From: Acidovorax facilis
Lineage (GTDB): Bacteria; Pseudomonadota; Gammaproteobacteria; Burkholderiales; Burkholderiaceae_C
DNA: 64,000 nt
Direction of reading: 5' to 3'
Assembly: GCA_964031875.1 (NCBI GenBank)
Contig: CAXIRU010000076.1
Location: forward strand, 4,586 to 68,585
Part shown: positions 30,912 through 43,299 of the stretch, piece after piece
Layout of the letters: each line of letters begins with the position of its first letter
Numbering within the stretch: the stretch's first letter is position 1
Made by a program: the position numbers and the translations under genes
Notes under the pieces: model-generated
The model's input: the letters and a program-made list of their open reading frames with translations, nothing else
The model's database searches: none
Told to the model about the DNA's origin: nothing

Positions 30912-33593
30912 TCATGCAGCACGCCCAGCCCGCGCATTGAGTGCAGCGCGTGCTGCGCACGCTATGGCCTGCGCGTCTACGCCAAAGAACGCGCGCAGCG
31001 CAGCCCGTGTGTCACTGCGACCAAAACCGTCTGTCCCCAAGGTGAGGAACTTGCGGCCCTCGGGCACGAAGGCACGCACGGTTTCTGGCACAGCACGCAC
31101 GTAGTCGGTTGCAGCGATCACCGGACCGCTTGTGGCGGCCAGCTGCGCTGCAAGCCAGGGGGTACCCGGCTTGTCTTGTCCTGCGATGGCCCGCTGCTCG
31201 CAAGCCACGCCGTCGCGGGCCAGCTCGCTCCAGCTGGTCACGCTGAGCACCATCACGTCCAGGCCCTCGGCGGCCAGCAGCTCGGCGGCCTTGACCACCT
31301 CTGTCAGGATGGCGCCGGAGCCCATCAGGGTGACAGATTGGGATGAAATCATTGCCTCGCGCTTATCTGGAAAGCGTGAGTAGCTCTTAAAAACATAGCA
31401 ACCGCGCAGCACCCCTTCTGCCGCATCGGCAGGCAGATCGGGCTGGGCGTAGTTCTCGTTCATCAGCGTCACGTAATAAAAAACGTCGCGCTGCTCGGTC
31501 ACCATCTCGCGCATGCCCGCGTCGATGATCACAGCCATCTCGCTCGCAAAGGCCGGGTCGTAGGCCTTGCAGTTGGGAATGGTGGCGGCCACCAGATGGC
31601 TGCTGCCGTCCTGGTGCTGCAAGCCCTCGCCGCCCAGTGTGGTGCGGCCCGAGGTGGCGCCCAGCAAGAAGCCGCGCGCACGCTGGTCTGCCGCCGCCCA
31701 GATGGCATCACCCACACGCTGAAAGCCAAACATCGAGTAGTAGATGTAGAACGGCAGCATTGCCAGGCCGTGCACGCTGTAGCTCGTCGCGGCGGCTGTC
31801 CAGCTGGCAATCGCGCCCGCCTCGCTGATGCCCTCTTCCAGAATCTGGCCGTCCAGCGCCTCGCGGTAGCTGAGCACCGAGCCGATGTCTTCCGGCGCGT
31901 AGCGCTGGCCCACGCTGCTGTAGATGCCCACCTGCTTGAACAAATTGGCCATGCCAAAGGTGCGCGCTTCGTCGGCCACAATGGGCACGATGCGGGGGCC
32001 CAAGGTGGCGTCTTTGAGCAGCGTGCCCAACATGCGCACAAAGGCCATGGTGGTGCTCATTTCCTTGGCCTGCGGCTGCAGCGCGAACTGCGCGTAGCTT
32101 TCGATGGCCGGCACGGGCAGCACGTCGCAGGTGGTTTCGCGGCGCGGCAGGTAGCCGCCCAGGCTCTGGCGGTGGCTGCGCAGGTAGCGCATCTCCGGGC
32201 TGTCTTCGGCAGGTTTGTAGAAGGCCAAGCTGGTGGCCTGCTCGTCGCTCAGCGGCAGGTTGAAGCGGTTGCGGAATTCGATGAGGTCCGTCTCGTCCAG
32301 CTTCTTCTGGCTGTGGGTGGTCATTTTGCCCTGGCCTGCCGTGCCCATGCCGTAGCCCTTCTTGGTGTGGGCCAGGATCACCGTGGGCTGGCCCTTGTGG
32401 GCGGCGGCTGCAGCGTAGGCGGCGTGGATCTTCACCAGGTCGTGCCCACCGCGCTTGAGGCGGTCGATCTGCTCGTCTGTCATGCCCTGGGCCAGCGCGG
32501 CCAGTTCGGGGCTTTGGCCGAAGAAGTTGTCGCGGTTGAAGCGACCGTCTTTCGCCGCAAAGGTCTGCATCTGCCCATCTACCGTGCCCTGCAGCGTGCG
32601 CACCAGCGCGCCGGTCAGGTCGCGGGCAAACAAGCCGTCCCAGTCGCTGCCCCACACGAGCTTGACCACGTTCCAGCCCGCACCGGCAAACAGGCGCTCC
32701 AGCTCGTCGATGATGCGGCCGTTGCCGCGCACCGGGCCGTCCAGCCGCTGCAGGTTGCAGTTGACCACCCAGACCAGGTTGTCCAGCCCCTCCCGTGCGG
32801 CCAGGGTCAGGGCGCTCATGCTCTCGGGCTCATCCATCTCGCCGTCACCGAACACGCCCCACACCTTGCGGCCCTCGCAGTTGAGCACATTGCGGTGCGT
32901 GAGGTAGCGCATGAAGCGCGCGTGGTAGATGCTGCTGATGGGGCCGATGCCCATCGAGCCGGTGGGGAACTGCCAGAAGTCGGGCATCAGCCAAGGGTGC
33001 GGGTAGCTGCACAGGCCCTGGGCTCCGGCTGCGGGCGCCGTGAGTTCCTGGCGATAGTGCAGCAGGTCTTGTTCAGACAAGCGCCCTTCCAGAAACGCCC
33101 GCGCATACACACCCGGTGCGCTGTGCGGCTGAAAGAAAACCAAGTCCCCACGGTGCTGCCCCGCGCCCAGGCCTTCTCTGGCACGGAAGAAATGGTTGAA
33201 GCCGCTTTCAAAAAGGTCCGCAGCGCTGGCGTAGCTGGCGATGTGGCCGCCCAGTTCTCCATACGCCTGGTTGGCACGCACCACCATGGCCAGGGCGTTC
33301 CAGCGCACGATGGAAGCCACGCGCTCCTCGATGGCCAGGTCGCCAGGGAACACCGGCTGATCCTGCACGGCCACGGTGTTCACATACGGCGTGTTCAGGT
33401 CGGGCTGCCAGCCAATGCGCTGCGCACGCGCCACCCGCACCAGCTCTTGCAGCATGTGCCGCGCGCGCTCGGGGCCTTCGGTGGCGACCAGCGCCAGGAA
33501 GGCATCGCGCCACTCGGCGGTTTCTTCAGGGTCGGCGTCCTGGGTGACGCCAGGGGCTTGCTGCAGCAGGGCGTGGGGGGTGAGAGCGTTCAT
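30912..33593 (-). CDS. mdeB: 2-oxoacid dehydrogenase E1 (AceE paralogue, MdeB-like)
   Basis: GGHIASYAS, GDGEMDEPES TPP motif, GEGLQH; divergent Lrp gene. Confidence 0.85.
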   Translation of the reverse strand: MNALTPHALLQQAPGVTQDADPEETAEWRDAFLALVATEGPERARHMLQELVRVARAQRIGWQPDLNTPYVNTVAVQDQPVFPGDLAIEERVASIVRWNALAMVVRANQAYGELGGHIASYASAADLFESGFNHFFRAREGLGAGQHRGDLVFFQPHSAPGVYARAFLEGRLSEQDLLHYRQELTAPAAGAQGLCSYPHPWLMPDFWQFPTGSMGIGPISSIYHARFMRYLTHRNVLNCEGRKVWGVFGDGEMDEPESMSALTLAAREGLDNLVWVVNCNLQRLDGPVRGNGRIIDELERLFAGAGWNVVKLVWGSDWDGLFARDLTGALVRTLQGTVDGQMQTFAAKDGRFNRDNFFGQSPELAALAQGMTDEQIDRLKRGGHDLVKIHAAYAAAAAHKGQPTVILAHTKKGYGMGTAGQGKMTTHSQKKLDETDLIEFRNRFNLPLSDEQATSLAFYKPAEDSPEMRYLRSHRQSLGGYLPRRETTCDVLPVPAIESYAQFALQPQAKEMSTTMAFVRMLGTLLKDATLGPRIVPIVADEARTFGMANLFKQVGIYSSVGQRYAPEDIGSVLSYREALDGQILEEGISEAGAIASWTAAATSYSVHGLAMLPFYIYYSMFGFQRVGDAIWAAADQRARGFLLGATSGRTTLGGEGLQHQDGSSHLVAATIPNCKAYDPAFASEMAVIIDAGMREMVTEQRDVFYYVTLMNENYAQPDLPADAAEGVLRGCYVFKSYSRFPDKREAMISSQSVTLMGSGAILTEVVKAAELLAAEGLDVMVLSVTSWSELARDGVACEQRAIAGQDKPGTPWLAAQLAATSGPVIAATDYVRAVPETVRAFVPEGRKFLTLGTDGFGRSDTRAALRAFFGVDAQAIACAARAALNARAGRAA

Positions 33594-33695
33594 GGCACCC
33601 ACTGTAGCGAGGCTCGCCCCAAATGAGTTGCTGTTTTGCCTTCTGTACCGCGATGCCATGGCACTTTATGCTGCCAAATAGATAAACTGCAGCAC

Positions 33696-34163
33696 ATGAA
33701 ACTGGACACCCTCGATTTGCGCATCCTGGCTGAACTGCAGGCCGATGGCTCCCTCTCCAACGTGGAGCTTGCGCGGCGCGTGCACCTGTCGCCCTCGCCC
33801 TGCCTGGCACGGGTGAAGGCGCTGGAGGCCGCAGGCGTCATCAGCCGCTATGTGGCGCTGGCCAATGCGGCGGCGCTGGGGTTGGGGCTCAATGTGTTCA
33901 TCAGCATCAGCCTCAAGACACAAAGCAAGGAAGCCCTGGCCGACTTTGAGCGCCGCATTGCCGAGCACGATGAGGTGATGGAGTGCTACCTCATGAGCGG
34001 TGACAGCGATTACCTGATCCGCGTGGCGCTGGCCGACATCGGGGCGCTGGAGCGGTTCATTCTGGAGCAGCTGTCGCCCATTCCGGGCGTGGAAAAGATC
34101 AGGTCCAGCTTTGCGCTCAAGCAGGTGCGCTACAAAACGGCGCTGCCCTTGCCCTGCGCGTGA
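33696..34163 (+). CDS. Lrp/AsnC family regulator
   Basis: [30 protein letters not shown]. Confidence 0.93.
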   Translation: MKLDTLDLRILAELQADGSLSNVELARRVHLSPSPCLARVKALEAAGVISRYVALANAAALGLGLNVFISISLKTQSKEALADFERRIAEHDEVMECYLMSGDSDYLIRVALADIGALERFILEQLSPIPGVEKIRSSFALKQVRYKTALPLPCA

Positions 34164-34218
34164 TGAATCGCGACGGGGCACTGTGCTGCGTGTGCTCCAG
34201 GTAGAAGGTAAGGCAGGA

Positions 34219-34371
34219 CTACTTGGGTGCCACTTCGCTCGTCGCCACACGCTTGCGCAGGTCGCGGATCAGCGCCTTGGCGCACGCCCCATTCGCAGGC
34301 GCCAGCCGCACCAGAACTTGCTGGCCGCTGGAGAGCGATTCAAGCGCTGGGTCCACAAACTCATACCGCAC
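34219..34371 (-). pseudogene. Remnant C-terminus of a DUF3014-like protein
   Basis: Manual translation VRYEFVDPALESLSSGQQVLVRLAPANG..KALIRDLRKRV; no start codon. Confidence 0.5.
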
Positions 34372-34427
34372 CTAGACATCATGGTCGCGGCCGCCCCCCC
34401 CGGGACGGGCGCGACCATGATGTCTAG
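34372..34427. repeat. Perfect 18-bp inverted repeat with CTAG ends (mini-MITE / IS footprint)
   Basis: CTAGACATCATGGTCGCG-20 bp-CGCGACCATGATGTCTAG. Confidence 0.7.
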
Positions 34428-34497
34428 CGCGGGCGATGGCCTGATTGGAAACCTGATGGCGGAGCGCCGGTATCGCCATGTAGCGCTACCTCAAAAG

Positions 34498-34533
34498 CCG
34501 CCCCGATAACCGCCCCGATAACCGCCCCAATAG
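34498..34533. repeat. 12-bp tandem repeat x3
   Basis: CCGCCCCGATAA CCGCCCCGATAA CCGCCCCAATAG. Confidence 0.7.
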
Positions 34534-34539
34534 CCGCGA

Positions 34540-35211
34540 CTAAAACGCCGTCGGCGTGGTCGACAACGACTCCAGCCACGACACCGTGGCCGCCAGTTCG
34601 GACGGCCGGATCTCGTGCGCGCTGGGGAACTCGTGGTACGCCACCGTCACCGGCAGCGGCGCCATGTGGTGGGCAATGGCCTGCGCGTGGGCCAGCGGAA
34701 TCACGTTGTCGTGCGTGCCGTGACTCAGCCACAGCTGCTTGCCGCGCAGCGCGTCGGCGGGTGCCGTCAATGGCACCACCTGCTGCTGCAGGCGGCTGTG
34801 CCACACCATGGCCGCCTGCATCAGCGCAGGCTTTGTCAGCAGCAGCGACAGCGCCATGATGCCGCCCTGGCTGAAGCCGCCCACCACCACGCGCTCGGGC
34901 GGAATGCCCAGTTGCTCGGCTGCAGACTCCACCACCTGAGCCACCAGCGCGCGGCTTTGCGCCTCTTGCGCCTCGTTGATGGTGCGCTCGCCGTTGGGCT
35001 CAATAGAGAAATCAAACCACGCGTGCGACCCCGGCCCCATGCGAAACGGGGCACGCAGGCTCAGCACATGAAAGCGCTCGGGGATCTGCGGCGCCAGGCT
35101 GAACAGGTCCTGCTCGTTGCTGCCCACGCCGTGCATCAGCACCAGCAGCCAGGGGCGGGGCGTGGTAGAGGCAGCGGGACGCTGCAAAAAAGTGAGCGGT
35201 AGATTGAGCAT
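34540..35211 (-). CDS. Phospholipase/carboxylesterase (alpha/beta hydrolase)
   Basis: MHGVGSNE, GFSQGG, HGTHD, AHEI. Confidence 0.9.
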   Translation of the reverse strand: MLNLPLTFLQRPAASTTPRPWLLVLMHGVGSNEQDLFSLAPQIPERFHVLSLRAPFRMGPGSHAWFDFSIEPNGERTINEAQEAQSRALVAQVVESAAEQLGIPPERVVVGGFSQGGIMALSLLLTKPALMQAAMVWHSRLQQQVVPLTAPADALRGKQLWLSHGTHDNVIPLAHAQAIAHHMAPLPVTVAYHEFPSAHEIRPSELAATVSWLESLSTTPTAF

Positions 35212-35260
35212 AGACAAGCGCCAGTGGCAGTTTTTATTCAAAAAAATATGAAACCGACTG

Positions 35261-36121
35261 TCAATGCACCGGTTCCAGGGCGAACGCATCCATCGACAGC
35301 ATGCTGTACATCACCTCACGGCTCAAGTAGTTTGCGCGCAGGTCGTCGCCCGCCGCGCCCAGCGCAAAGAAGATGGGCAAAAAGTGGTCTTCTGTCGGGT
35401 GCGCGCGGCGGGCGTACGGGGCCTGACGGCGGTAGTTGAGCAGCGCGGCCATGTCGCCGCGCGCCAGTGCATCCTCAATCCAGCGGCTGAACTCCACCAC
35501 ATAGGGCGCGGGTTCACGGTCACCGCCAAAAAACTCGGCCAGGTTGTGCGTCATGCTGCCCGAGCCCACCACCAGCACCCCCTGGCTGCGCAGGCTGCGT
35601 AGCGCGGCACCCAGTGCATACACCTCGGCCGGGCCAGCGCCCGCAGGCAGAGCCACCTGCACCACGGGTACATCGGCCTGGGGGAACAAGTGCATCAGCG
35701 GCACCCAGGCGCCATGGTCAAAGGGGCGCGCGGCGTCACCCTGGGCTGCCACACCAGCAGCCTGCAGCAGGCCCAACACCTCCTGCGCCAGCGCGGGCGA
35801 ACCCGAGGCGGGGTATTGCAATTGGTAGAGCGCGGGTGGGAAACCGCCAAAGTCATGCCAGGTGGCGGGCTGTGGCCCGGTCATGACCTGGGCAGAGCGC
35901 GCCATCCAGTGCGGCGACATGATGACCACACCGCGCAGGCCGGGATATTGCGCCTTCACGCGCTGGCCCCACTGCGTGAGCGCCGGGCCGGTGGTGCCCG
36001 CGTCGATGGCAAACAGCGGTGCGCCGTGCGATACGAACAGGGCCGGGAGCAATGCAGGCGCTGTGGCAGGCGACGTGGCGGGGGTTGGGTCGTTGGCTTG
36101 GGCCGGGGCAATGGCAGACAT
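35261..36121 (-). CDS. DODA/LigB-type extradiol dioxygenase
   Basis: FVSHGAP, HDFGGFP, DHGAWVPL, AHPTEDHFLP. Confidence 0.9.
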   Translation of the reverse strand: MSAIAPAQANDPTPATSPATAPALLPALFVSHGAPLFAIDAGTTGPALTQWGQRVKAQYPGLRGVVIMSPHWMARSAQVMTGPQPATWHDFGGFPPALYQLQYPASGSPALAQEVLGLLQAAGVAAQGDAARPFDHGAWVPLMHLFPQADVPVVQVALPAGAGPAEVYALGAALRSLRSQGVLVVGSGSMTHNLAEFFGGDREPAPYVVEFSRWIEDALARGDMAALLNYRRQAPYARRAHPTEDHFLPIFFALGAAGDDLRANYLSREVMYSMLSMDAFALEPVH

Positions 36122-36269
36122 GGCAGTTCCATCCGTGGATACAACGAATGTAGGACCGACGGCACCCCACACCAAGCCCTGCAGGCCAGACAGATTGTTC
36201 TACCAGTGATACCAATACACCCTTGCCACTCGCGCAGACTCCTGGCTGGGGGCTAGTCCAAACGGGTAC

Positions 36270-36686
36270 TCAGCCCCCGTCCCGCACCCGCCCACGCAGC
36301 GCCTTGGTCTCGCTGCGCTGCGTCTTGCCCTGCAGCCGCCGCTGTTTGGATCCATAGGTGGGCTTGGTAGCGCGCCGCACCCTGGGCGGCACGGCCACCG
36401 TGGCAACCAGCGCGTTCAGTCGCGCGAGCGCATCGGCGCGATTGAGCTCCTGGCTGCGGTATTGCTGGGCCTTGATGACCACCACACCCTCTTGCGTGAT
36501 GCGGGTGTCGCGCAGGGCCAGCAGGCGCTCCTTCACATCCTCGGGCAGCGACGACGCCGCAACATCGAACCGCAGGTGAACGGCGCTCGATACCTTGTTG
36601 ACGTTCTGCCCGCCCGCGCCCTGGGAACGCATGGCAGTGACTTCAACTTCATCCTCAGACACCTGCAAGGGCAGCGGCGCAGCCAT
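36270..36686 (-). CDS. arfB: Alternative ribosome rescue factor B
   Basis: GAGGQNVNKV GGQ motif; basic tail RRATKPT. Confidence 0.93.
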   Translation of the reverse strand: MAAPLPLQVSEDEVEVTAMRSQGAGGQNVNKVSSAVHLRFDVAASSLPEDVKERLLALRDTRITQEGVVVIKAQQYRSQELNRADALARLNALVATVAVPPRVRRATKPTYGSKQRRLQGKTQRSETKALRGRVRDGG

Positions 36687-36716
36687 GTACCGACCCGCCC
36701 CCGTGCCAGCGCAGCG

Positions 36717-37193
36717 TCAGGCCGCTGGCTGCTGGGCCAGCAACTGCGCCAGGCCGTCAATGGCCAAGCCATAGCCCAGCACGCCAAAGCCGCACATCAC
36801 GGCCTTGGCGGCCGCGGCCATGTAGGAGTGGTGGCGGAAAGACTCACGCGCATGCACATTGCTGATATGCAGCTCGATCAGCGTGATACCCGTGCCCTTG
36901 GTGGCATCGTGCAATGCAATGCTGGTGTGGGTGTAAGCCCCGGCATTGATGACCACGCCCGCCAGTTCGCCCGCAGCGTGCAGTCGGCCCGCTTCATGAA
37001 TCCAGTCCACCAAGGCGCCTTCGTGGTTGCTTTGGTGAAAGCGCAGCGCAAAACCATGGCGCTCGCAGGCATCGGCGCACAGCTTTTCGACATCGGCCAA
37101 GGTGGCTGCGCCGTACACGGCGGGCTCGCGTGTGCCCAGCAGGTTCAGGTTGGGGCCATTCAGCACAAAAACGGTTTTTTTCTTCACAGACAT
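36717..37193 (-). CDS. aroQ: Type II 3-dehydroquinate dehydratase
   Basis: [31 protein letters not shown]. Confidence 0.95.
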   Translation of the reverse strand: MSVKKKTVFVLNGPNLNLLGTREPAVYGAATLADVEKLCADACERHGFALRFHQSNHEGALVDWIHEAGRLHAAGELAGVVINAGAYTHTSIALHDATKGTGITLIELHISNVHARESFRHHSYMAAAAKAVMCGFGVLGYGLAIDGLAQLLAQQPAA

Positions 37194-37418
37194 GCAGCAC
37201 TCCGGGGGCTTGGCGCCTGCCACGCTGGCAGGCCAGAGTGCGCGATTATGCGGCGGCGCAGGCGCGCCTCACCAAGCAGGCGACCAAAGAAAAGCGGCCC
37301 CGAAGGGCCGCTGTAAAAGGCAGCCTGTGCAAAGACGCTGCCTGCGAGCGACTCGCGCCCAAGAGGTTATGCAAAAACGGCCGCCCGGTCAGGCTGCCTG
37401 GAAGTCACCACCCCGCAA

Positions 37419-37781
37419 TCAACGGTCCCACCGGCCGTGGCCGTAGCCATGCCCGTAATGGTCGTGGTGGCGATGATGGCGATGATGGCGATGGGGCCGG
37501 TAGCCATGGCCGTAGTACACCACCGGGGGCGGTGCGTAATAAGCAGGAGGAGGCGCGTAGTACACAGGCCGGGGGGGCGTGTAGTAAACCGGTGGGGGCG
37601 GTGCCACATACACCGGGGCGGGTGCGTAGTAGCCATTGCTGGCCCCCACCACCACGCCAGGCACGCCAATGCCCACCGACCAATTCACGTCTCGAGCCTG
37701 GGCTGCGCCCGTGCCGGCCAGCAATGCCAGCGCCACGCCAGCCGAAGCGGCCATGGCACAGATAGAACGGGTTTTCGTCAT
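37419..37781 (-). CDS. Secreted Pro/Tyr/His-rich protein (PXPV-like)
   Basis: Signal peptide, WSVGIGVPG, YYAPPP repeats. Confidence 0.75.
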   Translation of the reverse strand: MTKTRSICAMAASAGVALALLAGTGAAQARDVNWSVGIGVPGVVVGASNGYYAPAPVYVAPPPPVYYTPPRPVYYAPPPAYYAPPPVVYYGHGYRPHRHHRHHRHHDHYGHGYGHGRWDR

Positions 37782-37953
37782 GGAAATCTCCTGTTTGAGC
37801 GAGGAGAGCCAGCCAAATGGACACACCTCACCGGTACACAACGCACCAACTGGCCAAAAGGATGGCACAAAACCGTCTTTACGTTGTGTCTGAACGTACA
37901 CGCGCTGGTTTTAATGCGCAAAGCGTCACGAAACCGCCGCCTAAAATGGCTGG

Positions 37954-39789
<1,836 letters not shown>

Positions 39790-39819
39790 AGAGGTAATTT
39801 AGCGTCTAATTGAGCAACC

Positions 39820-40944
39820 ATGACACAACAAGAACTCAACTGGATTTCTGTTGACGGATTCAAAAGCATCTCGTCAACAGAGCGAGTTGTGCTGAGACCG
39901 ATTAACCTCGTGATTGGCCCGAACGGATCCGGGAAGTCAAATTTCATTGGGGTTTTCTCCTTCCTTCAAGCAATCAAGGAAGGTCGACTCTACGAATATG
40001 TCAGAACTACTGGTGGTGCGGACGAACTACTCCACTTCGGATCAAAAACAACATCTGTCATTCGGATTAGGTTGTCTTTTTGTGACGATGTAAACGCATA
40101 TTCGCTTCAATTGAAGGTTGATGCTGAAGACAATCTCTTCCCACTTACAGAGTCTGTGAGTTTTTGGAATAAGTCATACGCGACTCCGCTTACCACTTAC
40201 CTCTCAGCTGTCCAGGGAGGAAAAGAGGCGGGTATTAGCGACGTGAACTTAAAGCAGGGAATCGCCTCTTGGATACGAGCGCGCCTTGATCGATGGCGCC
40301 TCTACCATGTGCATGACACCAGCCCCAGTTCGCCTCTGAGAAAAACAGCGAAAGTTTCTGACAACGACTACCTGAGGCCCGATGGCTCTAATCTAGCGTC
40401 ATTCCTCTACAGGCTGAAAGAGACAGATAAATATTCAAGCTCATATCACTTGATTCGCAAGACAGTGCAACGGGTAGCGCCATTTTTTGATGACTTCATA
40501 CTAAAACCAGACAATCTAAATGAAGATTTCATAAAAATCGCATGGAAGCACAAGTCATCAGACAAGTATTTCGGTGCATCAGCCTTTTCTGACGGGACAC
40601 TGCGATTTATCGCTCTAGCGACGCTTTTTCTTCAACCCTTAGAGTTGCGTCCTTCCGTCATTCTGGTTGACGAGCCGGAATTAGGACTACATCCCTCAGC
40701 AATCACACTGCTCGCATCACTAATCAGGCAAACGTCTGCTGAAACCCAAATCATTGCGTCAACCCAGTCGCCTCTGTTACTGGATCACTTTGATCCAGAA
40801 GATGTTCTAGTTGCGAACAGAGTTGACAGCGCAACTACATTGACGCGACTAAATAGCGGTCCATTAGAAGCATGGTTAAAAGATTACAGTCTTGGACAAT
40901 TGTGGGAAAAGAATGAGTTGGGTGGGCGTCCGCAATCTGAATGA
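39820..40944 (+). CDS. ABC/AAA_21-type ATPase, low GC
   Basis: GPNGSGKSN, FSDGTLRF, VDEPELGLHP, STQSP. Confidence 0.9.
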   Translation: MTQQELNWISVDGFKSISSTERVVLRPINLVIGPNGSGKSNFIGVFSFLQAIKEGRLYEYVRTTGGADELLHFGSKTTSVIRIRLSFCDDVNAYSLQLKVDAEDNLFPLTESVSFWNKSYATPLTTYLSAVQGGKEAGISDVNLKQGIASWIRARLDRWRLYHVHDTSPSSPLRKTAKVSDNDYLRPDGSNLASFLYRLKETDKYSSSYHLIRKTVQRVAPFFDDFILKPDNLNEDFIKIAWKHKSSDKYFGASAFSDGTLRFIALATLFLQPLELRPSVILVDEPELGLHPSAITLLASLIRQTSAETQIIASTQSPLLLDHFDPEDVLVANRVDSATTLTRLNSGPLEAWLKDYSLGQLWEKNELGGRPQSE

Positions 40945-40954
40945 TTTTTTATAG

Positions 40955-41653
40955 ATGACAAGACTGCTAGTTCACGTAGAAGGACAAACGGAAGAAACTT
41001 TTGTCGAAGAGTTATTGCGCCCTCATTTACTAGACAAAGGATTTTCTCTAGTTTCGGCGAAACTTATGGGCAATGCGCGTCTGAGGGAGAACAGAGGTGG
41101 TGTAAAGCCGTGGCCCTCTGTGCGAGAGGACATTGCGCGTCACTTACTAACCGATAGGGGCTGCTATTCGACCTCGATGGTTGATTATTACGCCTTGCCT
41201 CAACACGGCCAGCAGGCTTGGCCGGGTCGTGCACATGCAAATACTCTCGCACACCAACACAAAGCAAATTCTGTTGAAGACGCAACACTACGTGACATCG
41301 CAACATATCTGAACCTTTCCGTGCACGAAGTTAGGTTTGTCCCCTATGTAGTTATGCATGAATTTGAGGCGTTACTTTTTAGCGAGTGCAATTTATTTGC
41401 CAACGGTATAGGTCGAAACAGCCTTGCAGTGGAATTTCAAAAGATACGAGACCAATTTACCTCGCCTGAAGAGATTAATGACTCCCCACTAACAGCTCCA
41501 TCCAAACGAATTGAGAAGCTAATTCCAGGCTACCAAAAGCCGCTTCTTGGAAACCTCGCTGCATTGGAAATCGGTCTAGATCGAATGCGTGCAGATTGCC
41601 CGCAATTTGCGAATTGGTTAAATCGACTCGAAGCGATCGGTATGGAGACCTGA
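40955..41653 (+). CDS. DUF4276 family (TOPRIM-like) protein, low GC
   Basis: VEGQTEE, VDYY, HEFEALLF, PEEINDS..TAPSKRI, CPQF..W. Confidence 0.85.
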   Translation: MTRLLVHVEGQTEETFVEELLRPHLLDKGFSLVSAKLMGNARLRENRGGVKPWPSVREDIARHLLTDRGCYSTSMVDYYALPQHGQQAWPGRAHANTLAHQHKANSVEDATLRDIATYLNLSVHEVRFVPYVVMHEFEALLFSECNLFANGIGRNSLAVEFQKIRDQFTSPEEINDSPLTAPSKRIEKLIPGYQKPLLGNLAALEIGLDRMRADCPQFANWLNRLEAIGMET

Positions 41654-41684
41654 GCGTGTGCCCCATACCTATCAATTTGTTTCA

Positions 41685-42224
41685 ATGCAACCCCAACCCA
41701 TCCTCCACTTCTGGTTCACCGAACTCACTCCCCAGCAGCACTTCGCCAAAGACGCTGTCTTGGACGCATCCATCCGCACCCGCTTCGGCCCCACGCTAGA
41801 GGCCGCTGCCCGCTGTGAACTATTCCCCTGGCGCGCCACGCCCGAAGGCCGGTTGGCAGAAATCCTGGTGCTGGACCAGTTCTCGCGCAATGTGTACCGC
41901 GACACCGCCCGCGCCTTTGCGCAGGACGCACTGGCCCTTGCCCTGGTGCAAGAGCTGGTGGCCAGCGGGCAGGACCGCAGCCTGCCCACGGCGCAGCGCG
42001 TGTTTGCCTACATGCCGTACATGCACAGCGAATCGGCGTTGATCCACGAGCAAGCCCTGGAACTGTTTGCGCAGCCGGGCATGGAAAACAACCTGGACTT
42101 TGAGCGCCGCCACAAAGTCATCATTGACCGCTTTGGGCGCTCCCCCCACCGCAATGCCGCCCTGGGCCGCACCTCCACGCCCGAAGAGTTAGCGTTTCTG
42201 AACGAGCCGGGGTCTTCGTTCTAA
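41685..42224 (+). CDS. DUF924 family protein
   Basis: LDQFSRN.YR, YMPYMHSE, RFGR.PHRN. Confidence 0.88.
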   Translation: MQPQPILHFWFTELTPQQHFAKDAVLDASIRTRFGPTLEAAARCELFPWRATPEGRLAEILVLDQFSRNVYRDTARAFAQDALALALVQELVASGQDRSLPTAQRVFAYMPYMHSESALIHEQALELFAQPGMENNLDFERRHKVIIDRFGRSPHRNAALGRTSTPEELAFLNEPGSSF

Positions 42225-42353
42225 AGGGGAGCAATGGCTTGGGAATGCTCGAGCACTCCAAGCGCCAGGCCCTGCGCCCATGACAACCGCGATGTGCTTT
42301 GAGCTTTCCCTCTCGCTATAGTCAAGCCTTCTGCCAATGCCACCGGAGCCGCC

Positions 42354-42587
42354 ATGACCACCACCGCCGAAGCCCTCAGCGCCCAAGCCGCCCAACTGCC
42401 CCCCGCAGAGCGCATGCAAGTGGTGGAGCGCATCCTGGACAGCCTGGACCAGCCCGACGCGGCGCTGGATACGCTCTGGGCCCATGAAGCGAGTGACCGG
42501 CTGGCCGCCTATCGGCGCGGCGAGATCAAGGCGGTGGCCTTGTCCGATGTGATTGCGAAGTATTCTGCCGCCGCCCAGAGCACATGA
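42354..42587 (+). CDS. Putative addiction-module antitoxin component
   Basis: LPPAER..VERILDSL..W..EA..RL.AY..G; overlaps the toxin start. Confidence 0.8.
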   Translation: MTTTAEALSAQAAQLPPAERMQVVERILDSLDQPDAALDTLWAHEASDRLAAYRRGEIKAVALSDVIAKYSAAAQST

Positions 42588-42875
42588 ACATCCGCTTGCT
42601 GGAGCCAGCGCAGACAGAACTGGATGAAGCCATTGCTTGGTATGCAGAGCAAGCGCCAGGGCTGGGGGTGCTTTTTGGTCGAAGCGCTCAAGACCCTGCG
42701 GCTTGTGGAGCAGTTTCCCGAAGCGTGGCACCCGCTCTCCCCTGAGATTCGGCGCTGTCGGTTGCGGCGCTTTCCCTACAGCGTGGTCTACACCCAAGAT
42801 GGCCCAGACATTCTGGTACTCGCTATCGCGCACGAGCACCGCAAACCCGGCTATTGGAAGCATCGCCACGGCTGA
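42584..42875 (+). pseudogene. RelE/ParE family toxin, frameshifted
   Basis: MNIRLLEPAQTELDEAIAWY..PGLG shifts frame at the G5/T5 runs (~42664-42676) into FLVE..RRFPYSVVY..LAIAH..RKPGYW. Confidence 0.75.
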
Positions 42876-42987
42876 GCACAAAGCCCCGTTTCGGCTTGAT
42901 TGAACTATTATTTTGATAGCTGCTTGCGCTTACCCATCAAGCGCCAGAGGCTTTTTTATTCATAAATTTGCAGAGCCCAGGCCATCC

Positions 42988-43299
42988 ATGACACATCCCT
43001 TCACCCCCACCTATGGCCCCGTGCCGCCCGGCCCGCTGGCGGGGCCGCTGCAGTTGCTGCCGGTCAACGCCGAGGTGATGGCGGTGCACACGGCCACGGG
43101 GGCGCATGTGGGTTCGCTCAAAAAGATAGGCGGGGTGTGGAAGTTCAAGGCCATGGGCTACGGCGCTGGCGGCGGCATGGAGCCCGGCCACGGCCCGCTG
43201 ACGGACCAGCACAACATGGCGTTCGCCGCGCCCGATGCGGCCGAGGTGAGCGCGCGGCTGCTGGGCGCACTGGCGGGTGGATCGGGGGCGTCGGCCTGA
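42988..43299 (+). CDS. Hypothetical protein
   Basis: ORF with host-like codon usage (VGSLKKIGGVWKFKA). Confidence 0.65.
   Translation: MTHPFTPTYGPVPPGPLAGPLQLLPVNAEVMAVHTATGAHVGSLKKIGGVWKFKAMGYGAGGGMEPGHGPLTDQHNMAFAAPDAAEVSARLLGALAGGSGASA

Noticed and set aside
31596-33626. Long antisense ORFs (676 aa here; also 23918..25384, 21264..22592, 62699..63985)
   Set aside because: Shadow ORFs opposite well-recognised genes in high-GC DNA.
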